NCBI GenBank assembly: GCA_964304625.1
Contig: OZ199840.1
Span: forward strand, 177,795-241,794
Length of the DNA stretch: 64,000 nucleotides
Source of the DNA: Kudoa neothunni
Taxonomy: Eukaryota > Animalia > Cnidaria
Direction: 5' to 3'
Below are positions 51,265 through 64,000 of the stretch, one piece after another. The notes under the pieces are model-generated. The model saw only the letters and a program-made list of their open reading frames with translations. It was not told the origin of the DNA and made no database searches. The position numbers and the translations under genes are program-made. The first letter of the stretch is position 1, and each line of letters opens with the position of its first letter.

Positions 51265-52075
51265 TTGGTATTTATAGCGAATGATTATTCATGCAGAATA
51301 GTCGTCAAACTTGATTCTTGTGAATCCGGAAGTTCAGTGTCAATTTTAGCGAAGATTCTAAGCCACGCTTCAATCATAGATATTGAGTTATACGAGATGT
51401 TACCCTTGGACGAAGTTGAGTCTACCTCTTTTTATATATCTGCAGTATCAAAAGACACCAATATTGAAAAAGGAAAAAAATTGAATATGATTGACTATAA
51501 TAATTCCAAATACAAATAAGGCTTTTATGAAGAGCCGTTATCTTTTCCTGGCGACGGATTCGGTCGTATGGATTGTGTAGCACATAAAACAGTCAAAAAT
51601 TATTAACCTGTTGATTGTAATCTTGATTCCGAATAAATTGTAGAAAATAAACCCGACTATAATTAAAACTTGATTTATGTTACTGTAGACGGTTGTGTGA
51701 TTTGTTGGAATAGTATATATAATAAAAACAAGAATATAATTATCGACACTTTGGACACCACCTCAACATCAGTTTATTTCTGCAGAAAAAGTGTAGATTC
51801 GCCTCAATCGTTATCGTTAGTAATTGAGACCAACGATGGCAGCATACGATTCTTTTATAATGATGGTATAACAAGAACAACTGAAAGATTCGATCAATCT
51901 GTTGTCACCCCCCAGAACTGCTAGACATGAAGGGCGTGTATTTGGGCTGGTATGTCACGCTGTTGAAGCAAGCCCACATAGATTGCATTATTGTGCAAGC
52001 GTTGGAGAGGATCGTTCATATAATATGGATACAATGTGAACAATAGCTTACAAATAAAAAAGTCTATTTTACATT
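51265..52075 (+). pseudogene. Unidentified protein-coding remnant (possibly beta-propeller-like), with in-frame stops
   Basis: Two codon-like ORFs (51265-51519, 51670-51924) linked by short intron-like gaps; no family recognised. Confidence 0.3.
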
Positions 52076-52319
52076 ATCAAGATTTTTTCAGTGACGATTG
52101 TGCCTCATTATGATCACAATACAGATACAGACAACAACGGTTATTGGGTAGGTGGATATTGCGAATTTTTCGTTATGTATCATTATTTTATCGTTTTATA
52201 AGGTGCAGTTCTATGTTATAAGTCTTTAAGCTATTACGGAAACATTTTGAATTATTTATTAAAATAAATTTTTATATGCTGAAACTTTTTAGAGTGAATG
52301 AACTATATCTACGAAAAAA

Positions 52320-54381
52320 TCAGCCGAAAAAAGTCACGACATCATGCCGAATCTTGGTAGCCGGTAAGTACCCCATTACCCCAAAATATATATTTAAGCA
52401 ATCAGCAAATCCTTGTATTCTATGTGTTGCATAAGCAGTAACACCTGGGGATTTGTTTAAAATATTTTCTTTGCACACTTTCGATGCTTCCAGGACTTCA
52501 GTATTCCATATTATACCATTTTTGTCGGAGTATACATCAAGGGATTCAATATCATTATCATCAGATTCGAAAGAATTAGAAGAGTTATCGCTATACTGTT
52601 CCACAACAACGGATTCACTGCAGTAACTTTCAGAACTATCCGAATATAATAAGGTCTGCTATGTATTAGAGAAGGGACACGTATCCAAACCAACAAATAA
52701 TACTAATAACTAATAAGGCCCGATATTCACGTTCGGGGTCCGCAATATCTAATAAGGAATTTTAACAAACACTTTGTTTGTTATTTTTCCTCTCACAACA
52801 GTCTCGATATTGCGAGGTGTGATATAGGGTAGTCGACATTTTTTTCAGATTTCTGTAACCAACATTGTAACCTTTTCGATGTATATAGGCTTCTACTCTA
52901 GCGCTATACCTAAAGATACGAAATAACATTTAAAAAGTGCATTTTTTGTAAAATTCAGGGTTTTTTTATTGGACAGTGGTTACTTCAATTTTAATCCGAT
53001 GAATCCACAACATTACACATTCGAACGATCGGTATTGTGGGGAAGAAAAAAATTTTGTTACAAAATTGGAACTATTAAATATTATGATTCAATTATCTCA
53101 ACCTAAAATGCCAAAAAGTCCCTCTATAGCGCCAGAGGATACCATGAATTCTGTTATTGTGAGTTTTATTCAAATTAAAATTAGTTATCCTTCACTGAAT
53201 AGAATTGTATCTAATAAATCTGATATAATGAACTTCAATGTTGTTCTCTCAGTAAAGGAATTACAAATAAAAATACATTTAACTTCAAATTGTGTTATAT
53301 GTTTGGATTGTACCATAATACCAAAAAAGGCAAATATTCTAGTGTTTTCAACACTGAGAAAGCAAACTTTTCGCTAATGATCTTAAATTACTGGTTTAAG
53401 TGGAACAGAAGGTTTCCTTCAAAATTTAAAGATTCTCTGTTTTTTAAAAATTCACTCTTCCTGGAGAAAGGGGGAAAAGTTGACGATAATACTGTTACTG
53501 ATTAAGTAATTAAATTTTATAAGGTAAAAAGTAGATATGAAATATAAAACATTAAATCTCGATGAGACCGCTTTTTCCTACGAACAATGCACTCAACGAA
53601 CATATGATACAAAGAAAGAGTTGAATTAAAAGGAAATGAAACAATAAAAAATCATGAAATAGAATTATAATGTGCTTTATTTATAGGAATAAAATTTCCA
53701 CATAGTGTCATCGGTAAATTTAACGAGACAACCTGTTTTAAAGGAATTTATGAACTTTCTTTTAAATATTAACGATCAAAAAAGTGGTTGGATGTCTTCA
53801 ACTATCTTCATGATATTTTAAAAACCCTTGATGAAAAGTTCGTATATTATTAGATCGATGCCTTTCACATCTTTAATTTAATAATACAAACAAATAGGTG
53901 TTTTTCTAGTTGCGCACGCGCAAAACCCAGATATTGGGTAGTGATTTCTTATCAGGTAGTAAAAGTTCAGGTCCCGATTGAATTCGCAATATCGAGACCA
54001 TACTGTATATATTGTCGGATGCACTCACATCTACAGTGGTGTGATTCGATATTCTCTCCAGATTATCGTCGTTGTTTGTTTCGTTATTTTCTCTTATTTT
54101 ATTCGATAGAATCTATTTAATTTTAATAAGATGCGTATAATAATTTTTACACTTGTTTAAACTAATAAAAACGTGGAGTCTAATAGACCCCCAAAAGCGC
54201 AAAGTGTATTAAGTTTACTTATTTCCCTTATAACTTTAATATTTTTATAAAATAAAATAACATCCATATGTTCCTTTTTAGAGAATACACCGGATATAAA
54301 TCTTATCTGATTCCAATAAGTATATAAAGTTAGTAACACAAAATGCTTTGGGGTCTAATAGACCCCAAAGCGCTCGAAAGG
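52320..54381 (-). mobile_element. piggyBac (PGBD4-like) 5' remnant interrupted by a pogo element
   Basis: End ...cgctcgaaagg-TTAA (54382-54385) with palindromes ggggtctaatagacccc at ~54349 and ~54175. Transposase N-terminal remnant SDKNGIIW..ENILNKSPGVTAYA (52320-52604). Confidence 0.65.
52799..54005 (+). mobile_element. Decayed pogo/Tigger element nested in the piggyBac remnant
   Basis: Inverted gtctcgatattgcga / tcgcaatatcgagac-catactg-TA. Remnants NLDETAFSY and VIGKF..TCFKG. Left boundary approximate. Confidence 0.55.
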
Positions 54382-55366
54382 TTAAAACTTCGCAATTGTC
54401 ATAATTGAAAGTCATGGATGTTATCTTCTACATCAATGACTTTGTCAATGTTTTCTGGCGGTAAAATGACAATATAGGTACATTCATCAGGGAAAAATTC
54501 ATCAACCTGATCATATAGCATCGCTTAGTCTGACTAGCCTCTCGAAACTCATGACAGGGAATTAGGGAACCTCGTGGGTTAATAATAAAGACATAATATT
54601 GTGAAGCATTTCATCATATAAAGAATAAAACAACTTTTTTTAATTTTACATAAAATAAACTTTAAGTTATTTAGAATATTTTTAAATAAAACGTATTATT
54701 ATGAAAAAATTTCTGTTTTTCTATTTAAGTCAATTATTAGTAAGAAAATTTGAAAATGTGAGTACTCACCTATTATCTATTATGTATAAATTAACTTTTC
54801 ATAATTCTTAATTGCTACTTGAAAATCGTAAAATTTCGTCATTTCAAAATTTTTTTATAAATTTTCGTTAAATATTTAAAAAATATAGATAGAAACTTAG
54901 AAATTATTAAAATCAAGCATCACGATTATTTGAATATTCATTAATTTTAATATCGTCCACAATGTTACGTAAGAAGGTTCGTTTTATATTGACTTAGAAA
55001 ATTATATTATTCTCAATTAACAAGAATTATTTACTCAAGCTTTTTATCATAATTTTTTTCCAATAAAGTCAAGCTCAAAATATTAATATTTTAATCTTGA
55101 AATTTATTAACATAATCAAATCACAAGAGCTTAAACTATAATTACAGTCATAACAAACTAATTCGGGATTAATATAAAATAGATGAAAATTTATGAAATC
55201 ACATAATTAAAAAAAGCATAGGAGATCATATTTTCTCTCTAACGTCGCAAATAAAATTCAAAAAACAATAAATTCAACCAATGATTTAAAATATCAAATA
55301 ATGTTACGTGGTCGAAAAATTTTTATCATAAATATTACCTATAAACTATAGTTAACAAAAATTAAT

Positions 55367-58366
55367 TTAATCCCTTTTCTTCTTCATTACCACGATACCA
55401 ACTATTGCAATAACCACAACCACAGCAACGCAAGCAATAATAATTCTAAAATCAGTTAATTCAAATATTAACATTTAAAAATGTTTACATTAGTTTGGTT
55501 TTATTCCTAAAAAATATTAAATTTGATAAAAGCATATTATTAAGCTCACCCTGAACTACTCTTTGCTCCTATAATATATATAACATTAAATCACACTGTG
55601 AACAAATAATATACCTTGTTGTATATCAGCACCGCCAAAAATTGTATCATCTTCAACACTGTAAACAGTCAAATAATAGTCATTTCCATCAGGTAAATTA
55701 TTTATTTTGAATTCTTTACAGGTCACAAAGGCAGCACATCTGTCTACGTTTCTTCTCATGCAAGATTTTACTACCGCATTTGACTTGACACTACTGTTAC
55801 GTAACTCCCATTTGCATTTTGATTTATCGTTCATACTGGATGGAACTGTGGTGGTTACAATGAAACTGTTCCCATCACGTGTAATGACGACTGATATCAA
55901 TTTTGAGGAGTCAGTTGGGTTTAATTGTGGTACACCTAATATAAGTTTCGTTTAAGAAATTCTTAATAGAGACATTAATTGAAGCATTAATTGTAATACT
56001 TGGTTCTATAATATGCTCTTTTTGTGAAGATTTTCCAATAGCTGTGACTAAAATTTTGTATGTATTTGCTGCTTCATACTCGGGAAATGTTATGGAAATG
56101 CAAAGGGGATTTGAAGAACAGGTGTTTGCGCTGTTAGGCATCCTCAGCAAGCTGTGTATCTGAAGTATCCGGAACTGAAGATTTCGCTGTTGATATTAGA
56201 CCACCATCTGCCACTATTGGCACAGCGATTCTAGCTATGTTGAGATCTGCTGAACTTATACTGGGAGGAGCAGCTGAAGGGGGTACTGGTGCTTGGTGCT
56301 ACTGGGGCGGGTAACAGGTGTCGTTACTTTCGATACCACAGGACATGTGTAATAGTCTGTGTAATCGTTACCAGTCTTCTTTTGTACGACATAACTACAA
56401 GTTGCAGTTGGATCCACGGATTTTAATCGTGCCTTCAATGACAAACCATCCAAGGTGATCTTATGTGTTATCGTTAACGTTGTTAATGCTATTAAAAAAT
56501 TAAAGTGTAAATTATAACTTCAATAACCTGTTCGTATATCTGTGTAATCTTTTATGTCGTAATCCTTATGTGCGATCACCCTGATGTCATAAGGTTTGTT
56601 TGGCTCAAGGTCTTCTATCGTAACTTGTTCGCTGCAAATTCCTCTGCACGGGGCGTTACCATTGCATTTCGCGTGGAAAAAGCTATCTAATCCGGTCGGA
56701 CTTATTAAATACTCACAGGTAGGCTCTTCTTTCTTTTCTCCCGTTGAAAGTCCGGCCATAGCTGTAAGAGAAATTGTTATGTCTGTTTTTGTAGGATCAG
56801 TAGTTCCATATGCTTTACCATCTCCGATTTCTTTACAATACATTATTTTATAAAATAAATATAATGATTCACTCGTTCTTATGAATATATGTTCTTTAAA
56901 ACCTTGTGTAATATCAGTGCCTTCAAATGAGATCTCAATCATGTAGGCTTCTCCCGCTGAAAGTCCCTGAATTACCAATTTTGAGCAATCAGTGTTGCAA
57001 GCGGTGCTGCTCTGGGTGGTACATATTGTGCCGGTCAGGGTGGCTGGCTTTGGTTTATCAGCAAAATAATGTTGAAGAGTACATTTGGTCATTTTTGGCG
57101 CTAGGGTCCTCTTTTAATGAGGATCCATCAAACGTTACACCATCTTTGACATAAGAAGAAAGCAACTCTCCAGCTGCTTCATTAATTACTAAAGAAAATA
57201 ATAGAAAAATTCAGATGAATGTAAGAATTACAAAACTTAGTTAGTTCGTAGCCTCGCAATACTCCACTAGTAGCTGTTATGTCGTGATGCCTTGTTTGGA
57301 TTAAAACTTTATAAATCTTTTTCCCCGCAATGCCATTCAGTTCGACGTACTTACAAGGGGCGTAACAACTCTTTCCGGTTCCACCACAAACTGAAATATA
57401 TGATGGGTTGTTTGCTGCGTTCTGGCCATCTTTAAGACTGAATAGGCATATTTCAGATGATTGCGAATTAGTGAATTTGATTCCGACTTTGCCCGCAGTT
57501 TTGTCTACAATATAAAACTGGGGTTCGTAAATGGCTATTTTTTCCTTCATATATTGATTGGGCATTTTGTAAAAGAAGCTGGGATATTTACCGCACCTAA
57601 CTTCGTAATGCGGTAACAATAAATCAAAGTCAACTTTATTATTATTGTTTTCGGAACTACAAGTGTTCCCTTTGGTACCAGTTTCGTATTCAATATCTCT
57701 ATAATAAATAGGGCAATTTACAGGTGTACATGTTTTTGCTACGAATTTAAGCTTATTGTCGGTAGTGTCTGCAGACACCGTAATTTGTGGATTAGCCAAT
57801 AATGCTAAATCCATTTTATTATTTTGAAAAATTAAGTTGATTTACGTATTGAGTATCCGAATACTTTTGACCCTGCCCCGTTAATTGCGTTTTTAACATT
57901 ATCTATGCGATCGCCCGACGAATACATATATGTATTTGGTTCTTGGTGATAGGTTGTCATAAGTGATTGCATTTCCATCAGTTGAACAATCGATAACACA
58001 TTTATTAGTAGTACTAGCATCATTAGGAGGGCAGATTGCGATGTCTACAAACGAATTTGCTGTTTCAGAAGTATTAGCTAAAATTTCTGCTTCTTTAGAT
58101 CGCTTTATAAGGCATTTTTGCTAGCACCATAATCAGAACCTCCGAGGTTGATTTTAATTTGGTCTGGGCTATTAGTTTCACCTTTCACAACCTGATACTT
58201 GAGCGTTTTCATTGGAGTTAGAGTAGGAGATGCCTCCGCAGCTGCAGAATCTTGACTTATAGCAGCATTGGTTTTTCTTGACGTTAAAACACCTGAATAT
58301 ACATCAGTACTAAAATTAACTCATGATGATACCTAACGCAAGGTAGAGAAATCCAACTATTTTCAT
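55367..58366 (-). pseudogene. Family copy E, multiple frameshifts
   Basis: ATG 58366 (MKIVGFLYLALG). Exon ORFs 57182-57814, 56520-57092, 56256-56453, 55911-56150 and 55586-55900; TM-KKKRD*. Indels near 58115, 57920, 57110, 56290-56310 and 56140. Confidence 0.85.
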
Positions 58367-59479
58367 GGTTGACAACTAAATGCACTACCAATTGATGGTT
58401 CGGAATACAATTGATCCGAATTTCACTCATGTGGATATAATGATTCATTCATTGTCAGATATATAAAACATATACTAGATAATAATTATTCAAATTATTA
58501 AAAAATTAATCTAAACTAATTTTTTGCCATAAACTCAAATTGGTGTGATAAATTAATTATGACTTTTAATGGGACCAAAAGTGCTTCCATGGTACATTGT
58601 TTTTAGGGAAATATCGAAGTAAAATGTTAAGTTTTAGAAAAAATAATGACTCAATTATTTATTAAAGTAGGTAAGTATTTAGCGGTAATGGCGTACTTAC
58701 CGGTTATCAAAATTCGACATGATGTCGCGACTTTATACGAGATATAGTTTATTCACTCCAAAAAGTTGCAGCTTACAAAAATAGCTCAATTTTTTTGTTT
58801 CTAATGTTTCCTAAATTCAAAGCCATAATTTCCTATGAGTGATATTAATCACTTTTACAATACTATCTTAGGTATTGTTTTCCAATTTTAACATATTTAA
58901 ATAAACGTTTTTGTTAACTTATTCTATTTAATTACTAAAAAAACAATTTTTGAAATATGTAGAATCTATTTATTTGCAGATTTGATCAATCAAAAATGAA
59001 TCGTTTTACTCTGGAAATGTTGACAATACAGTCGAGATTGAATATTACGTGATTTGGCCTTTCGTAATTTAAGATTTTCATTTTGATAATAATTAAGTTT
59101 GAATTTAATTTTCAAATATTATCATAATCACGATTAATAAGTTCTTAATTTCAAAAAAACATAAATAATATTGTTTCTATATGCCCATGTCTCAGTATTG
59201 CGGTAACGAAAAAATCAACATGACTGGATATTGCGTGATTTTATCTTCAATATGTGGTGGAAACAGCATGATAATTCTACGAAAATCGGAATAATGCAGT
59301 ATTTCAATTGAATAAAAACTATAAAAGATACCAAGAAAATGACGGTTGAGAAATTTAAACTTAGTGGTATAGTTAGTTTAATTCTATTCTTAATATTTAT
59401 CTCCAGGGACATTCAATTCTTGGCAGGATTTCTTTCTCATGAAACCGAACTAAAAAATTCATACGTTACAAGGGATAGG

Positions 59480-59985
59480 AAGATGCATCCAAATGGAAGA
59501 TTCATCAACAAAGATGAAGAAGCTTCTCAATGGTTTATCAATAACCGCACGAATGGTTACATTATTTATGGAGACCATTCTTGAAATGGTACCATCATTG
59601 AAAAAATGGACGACGTTTAAAATTTTACAGCAAGTAAGGAAGGGTTAGGGGAGTTTAAAAAAAGATTAGAATTCATTCGTAAACATTTTCACCGTGAAGC
59701 TGAAAGCATTATCCTTATATCTATTGATTTGTGGATTTATGAAAATAAAAATTGGATATACACGAATATCCAAGAGACAATAAATATTGATAAAACTTCT
59801 TTTTTTTTGTTAACAGTTACAGAACAACAGTAATGTATTAAAAGAAGAAAATGACATAAAGATAAAAAACTTTAAAAAAAGAGTATCGATTTTGGTATCA
59901 TGCTCTAAAAGTTGAGAAACATTTCCTTTATTCATAATCGGAAAACGTCAAAATCCTACTTGTTTCAGAGGGTTCAAAATTTACC
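59480..59985 (+). mobile_element. Decayed pogo/Tigger fragment, target of the downstream piggyBac
   Basis: Remnants QWFINNRTNGYIIYG, NIDKTSFF and IIGKRQNPTCFRG. Confidence 0.55.
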
Positions 59986-59989
59986 TTAA

Positions 59990-62170
59990 CCCTCGCGGGA
60001 CGGTGTGGGGTTCACGCGGACCCCAATTTTTGTATTTTTGTGTTTACGCTTCGCTTTATGAATGAAAAAATTTTTTAATCCCGTGAACTCCAAACGAGGG
60101 TATCAATTTTTTTTATGTTCCTTTTAAAGTTTTTTTTATTTAAAATTAATCGAAATAAACTTACTTCTTTCGTTCATGTTTTGATAAAAGGGGTTATTTA
60201 GTTAGCCCTATTAATTGAGATTAATATATAAAATAAAATCATTAATGAAACTTCATTAAACATGTGTTTAATTATATTTTAAATCAGTATGCTTGTATTT
60301 TCTATCATTTTATATTATCGCCGACAAATACCGATAAATATGCCCATAAATTATTGAAGAATGATAGGCTTAAATTTAAATCCACGTTGTTTGTGTACAA
60401 TATAAGTAAATTATTAGTTATTGTTTTTTTAATTAAACTCGAATAGAAAAATGTCAAAAGAATATTCTGATGATTTATTAAGTGATCCTGTTGAGAATGA
60501 TGAAATTGACAGCGATCTTAATTTTGAGGGACCGCTATCTGATATTTCAGATTGCGATGATATTGTAGAAACAGTGGATTCCTCATCTTGCAACGAAGAT
60601 AATGAAGATTTAGAAAATTTAATGAAAATTTCTAACCCCAGCATTGGATTCAAATGGAGTTGCAGTGAAAAAATGAGGAGGAGAAAACAAAAGCAACAAT
60701 CTAGACTTGCCAAAACCTGGACTTAAAGAGGAGTCTAAAAATTTACAAACGATTATGGAAACATTATCTCTATTTTTTCGAGTATCATGTTGGAAAAAAT
60801 ATTATATTTTACCAATAAGTACTTCCTATCGAATGAAAAATATAGCGATAAGGATACCATAACAATGGAAGAGACGAAGGCTTTTATTGGAATCATGGTC
60901 ATATCTTGCAGATGTATTGGAGCCAAATTATCACGAAAAAATCTTTGGGATTTGAATCCGTTGTTCAAACATCATTTTTTCGATGGCTATATCGAGGGAT
61001 CGTTTTTTGTCAGATATACAGAAAGATTCGTTCTGATGATCGACTCACGAGAGCATCAAGAATGAGAACATCTGGCAACAAATTTGAGGCAATGCAAGCA
61101 ATCTTCGACGATTTAAATTCCTCGTTCACGCGGAATTATTCACCAGGTACACATATAACTGTAGATAAAAGAATGATTTCATTTCGCGGAAGGTGCCCTT
61201 TTCGTATTTACATGAAGAATAACCCGATCGCTTCGGGATGAAGTTGTGGGTGGCTTCAGATGTGGATACATCATACCTATTAAATACCCAACCTTACATT
61301 AGTAAAGTTAAGGTATCAGAGAGAAAAACCAAGGGGAACTAGTCGTCAAGGATTTAGTTTCTCCTTATTATTGAGGTCATCGTGGTATAACGACTAATAG
61401 CTTTTTTACAACCGTTCCTCTAGCCTTATTTTTTACTAAAAAATGATTTAATTCTGACTGGAACTATGCGGAAAAATAACCGATATATTCACAAAATATT
61501 CTTAGAGTGAAAGATCGTGATGAAAATTCCTCAATGTTTTGCTTCTCCGATGACTTAACCATAGTTTCATATGTTCCCAAGAAAACAGAAATATCATTTT
61601 ATTATCAACAGAGTTCCACGGTAGTGCCATCGAAAGAGGTGATAAAAAAGACCTGAACTTATCGTTTATTACAATCACACAAAAGGGGCAGTTGACAATG
61701 GAGACCGGATGACCAAATTTCAGGGCTGTTATAGAAGAACCAATGGTTGGTCATTCCATGTTTTCATGGATCTGATCGATATATCTGCGTTTAATGCACA
61801 TTTTATATGGACAACCAGATTTCCTAATTGGCATTCGAACGATCGCAGTCGACGTCAAACCTTCCTTCGAGAATTAGGGATTCAACTGGTCACCTCTAAC
61901 GTATTGCGTCTTCAAGAAACCATTACTAGGTACAATTCAGATTTAAAATACGGATTCAAAATGTTTAATAGCCATTTCTCCAATTCCAACACAAATATGC
62001 AAAATGGTTCAACATTATCTAAAAAGGGACGATGAGTATATTTGACCACGTAAAATGGACAGGAAAACCAAAACAAAATGTTCTTCTTGTAACGAGACAA
62101 TTTGCTCACTTCATAAAACCCAGAAAATTATAATCATTTGCCCAAACTGTCAAGATGATTTGAGTGTTAA
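59990..62170 (+). mobile_element. piggyBac (PGBD4-like) transposon with pseudogenised transposase; right TIR not found
   Basis: TTAA 59986-59989, then ccctcgcgggacggtgtggggttcacgcggacccc. Acidic N-terminus at 60451; YSPGTHITVDKRMISFRGRCPFRIYMKNNP; YNHTKGAVDNGD; RRTNGWSFHVFMDLIDISAFNA. Confidence 0.9.
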
Positions 62171-62354
62171 GTTGATTGTTGAATTATTATCCTGTCTAAC
62201 GATGGTTAAATATATTTTATATTGACTCATTCTTTTACTGCATTATAAAAAAATATTTTTAACTGGCGCAAAAGCCCCGTTTCGCGAAGGCTTCCTTGAC
62301 TAGCCAAGTAGGCTAAAACCTGGCGCAGAATAAAGCCTTGTTGATTTTAAGTAA

Positions 62355-62990
62355 ATAGAGCTAATGCCAAGCTTTGCCTGATACTGTGAGATGGAAAATT
62401 TTAAATTTTAGTTTTATTTCTGAATTTAGAAATTCTTCGATTAAATTAATTTAATTAGCATGTTAATCCCTGTAAATTCTATTTTTCTATTTTAATTGAT
62501 ACACTTTGAAGCTTGTCATTATTCTTGCAATGTGATGATTTAGTTAAACAAAATGATGCGCACATTTTCCATTCAAATATAAATAGAGGTATCGAGAGAA
62601 ATTAATTAGTATTTTTAAGTTTATTTTACAAATTATTGACTAAAAATATAATGAACTTAGTTTTATGAGCAATTTAATTAACGATTAAAGTTCATTTATT
62701 CATTAAACAAAATCATTACATAACTTAAAATGGGACTTCCAGTTCCTATTAAAATCTTTCGATAAAAATTAATCCTTCTAGTTATAAAATTTATTATTAG
62801 TCTACAAACGATAAAAAAAATAAAATCGACCTAAGGTGCGTCAGAAATAAAAATATTAATTATTACTCCTTTTTTGAAATTTTATAAAGGATGTTAATGA
62901 TATTTTAAAAAGCTGTGAGTGGTAACTTACGTCTTCATTAATTTAACATAATTTCCCGATTTTTAAATAAATGAAACCTTTCTTTTTACT
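62355..62990. repeat. Second copy of the dispersed repeat at 7820-8450
   Basis: Colinear matches such as cattcaaatataaatagaggtat, aattaacgattaaagttcatttattca and gcgtcagaaataaaa. Confidence 0.7.
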
Positions 62991-64000
62991 ATAAATACTT
63001 ACTGATTCAAATATATACAAATTTAATTAACTAAATAAGATTAAATCTAAAATGTAAAGGTGTTTTTGGTTTGAAAAATTATCGTTATGCTTAAATATCA
63101 ACTGGTTTTCTCAAAGGAGTGTACCTTTTTAAAATAAACGTACTGTATAATTGGCCCAAAAAAAATTTCTTCGTATTCATCTATTCTTAGTTTAACGAAA
63201 ACTTTGTGACAGTATCGGTTAGATCGATCGGACCAATAATTTCTTATTAACTTACATGACACGTATTGAGAGTGGACTGTATATTTTTCAAAGTGATCAT
63301 GAATATAAATTCTTAAACTACATATAGAATGATGTATCGCGTATTTTCATGCAATTTTTATATTATAATGAATAGAAAATTATATATTGATTCGAATATT
63401 AACCTTAAGGTTTGGGGGTAAGGAATAATTAGGTTACTAAGAACTTAAACATAATTTAAAGTTATCTCATCAAATATAAACATAAAGAATTAGTTTTTGC
63501 CTGCTGTTTTACAAGAAAGCTTAGGAAAACCAAAAAATGAGTAAAAACTTATCGAAATGATGAATATAATTTCACATTTAATCGAATGTTTGATTAACAT
63601 AAATTTTCACATCTCAGGAATTTTAATGAAGCATAATTTTCATTTAAGAAGGTATCACAAAAATTTAATTATTTGAAAACTGTACTTACTTCTTACATGG
63701 TTTTTAGAATGCGTATAGAGACTCAATTATTCCAACATGGCTACAACTTAAATCTCGAATTATGCGTTTTATTTAAAATGATCATAATTTTTTTCGCTTG
63801 ACTATATCCATAAAGCTTGAAAAATGAAGATATGTCCTAAATAATTTGGTTTCGCTTCAAATTTTAAGGGAAATGCAGCATTTCTTGTAAATTTGGCTCT
63901 AATGTCATTATCTGTCTTAAAATTACTCCAAACATATGTAACATTTCTAAACATTATACATCATATTTAGCAGATTCTCTTTGTATAAAATGAGTAAAAG

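Noticed and set aside
9114-57154. Recurrent plus-strand ORFs (MNSLQVTKAAH..., MTKILYVFAAS..., MFGSRSSIVT...)
   Set aside because: Antisense shadows of the conserved minus-strand exons; they recur only because the genes are duplicated.
1-64000. Prokaryotic systems (CRISPR array, operons, diversity-generating retroelement) as an explanation for repeated, variable genes
   Set aside because: Genes have spliceosomal introns. I saw no regularly spaced repeat-spacer array or reverse transcriptase ORF, and the variation includes indels and is not adenine-specific.

Overview
Very AT-rich eukaryotic (animal-like) genomic DNA with short GT-AG introns (mostly ~35-80 nt) and a heavy load of decayed DNA transposons (several piggyBac lineages, pogo/Tigger, IS630/Tc1-like, hAT-Buster, MULE, MITEs). 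The style suggests a compact-genome parasite such as a myxozoan or orthonectid; this is inference only. The main content is a five-copy family of 10-exon genes: A 4701-7650 (+), B 8776-16555 (-), C 17068-20067 (-), D 37431-40443 (-), E 55367-58366 (-). They encode ~870-aa type I membrane proteins with a signal peptide, about seven Cys-rich fibronectin-type-III-like modules on symmetric phase-1 exons, two juxtamembrane micro-exons, one TM helix and a ~5-residue basic tail. Among B-E the membrane-distal modules have hypervariable Cys-bounded loops, while membrane-proximal exons and non-coding flanks are nearly identical and arranged as a patchwork. This resembles a variant surface antigen or variable receptor repertoire. 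Also present: a CARM1/PRMT4 gene and a disrupted multi-Kunitz gene whose domains lack the C2-C4 disulfide. Several frameshifts lie in homopolymer runs, including one in CARM1, so some lesions may be assembly errors.
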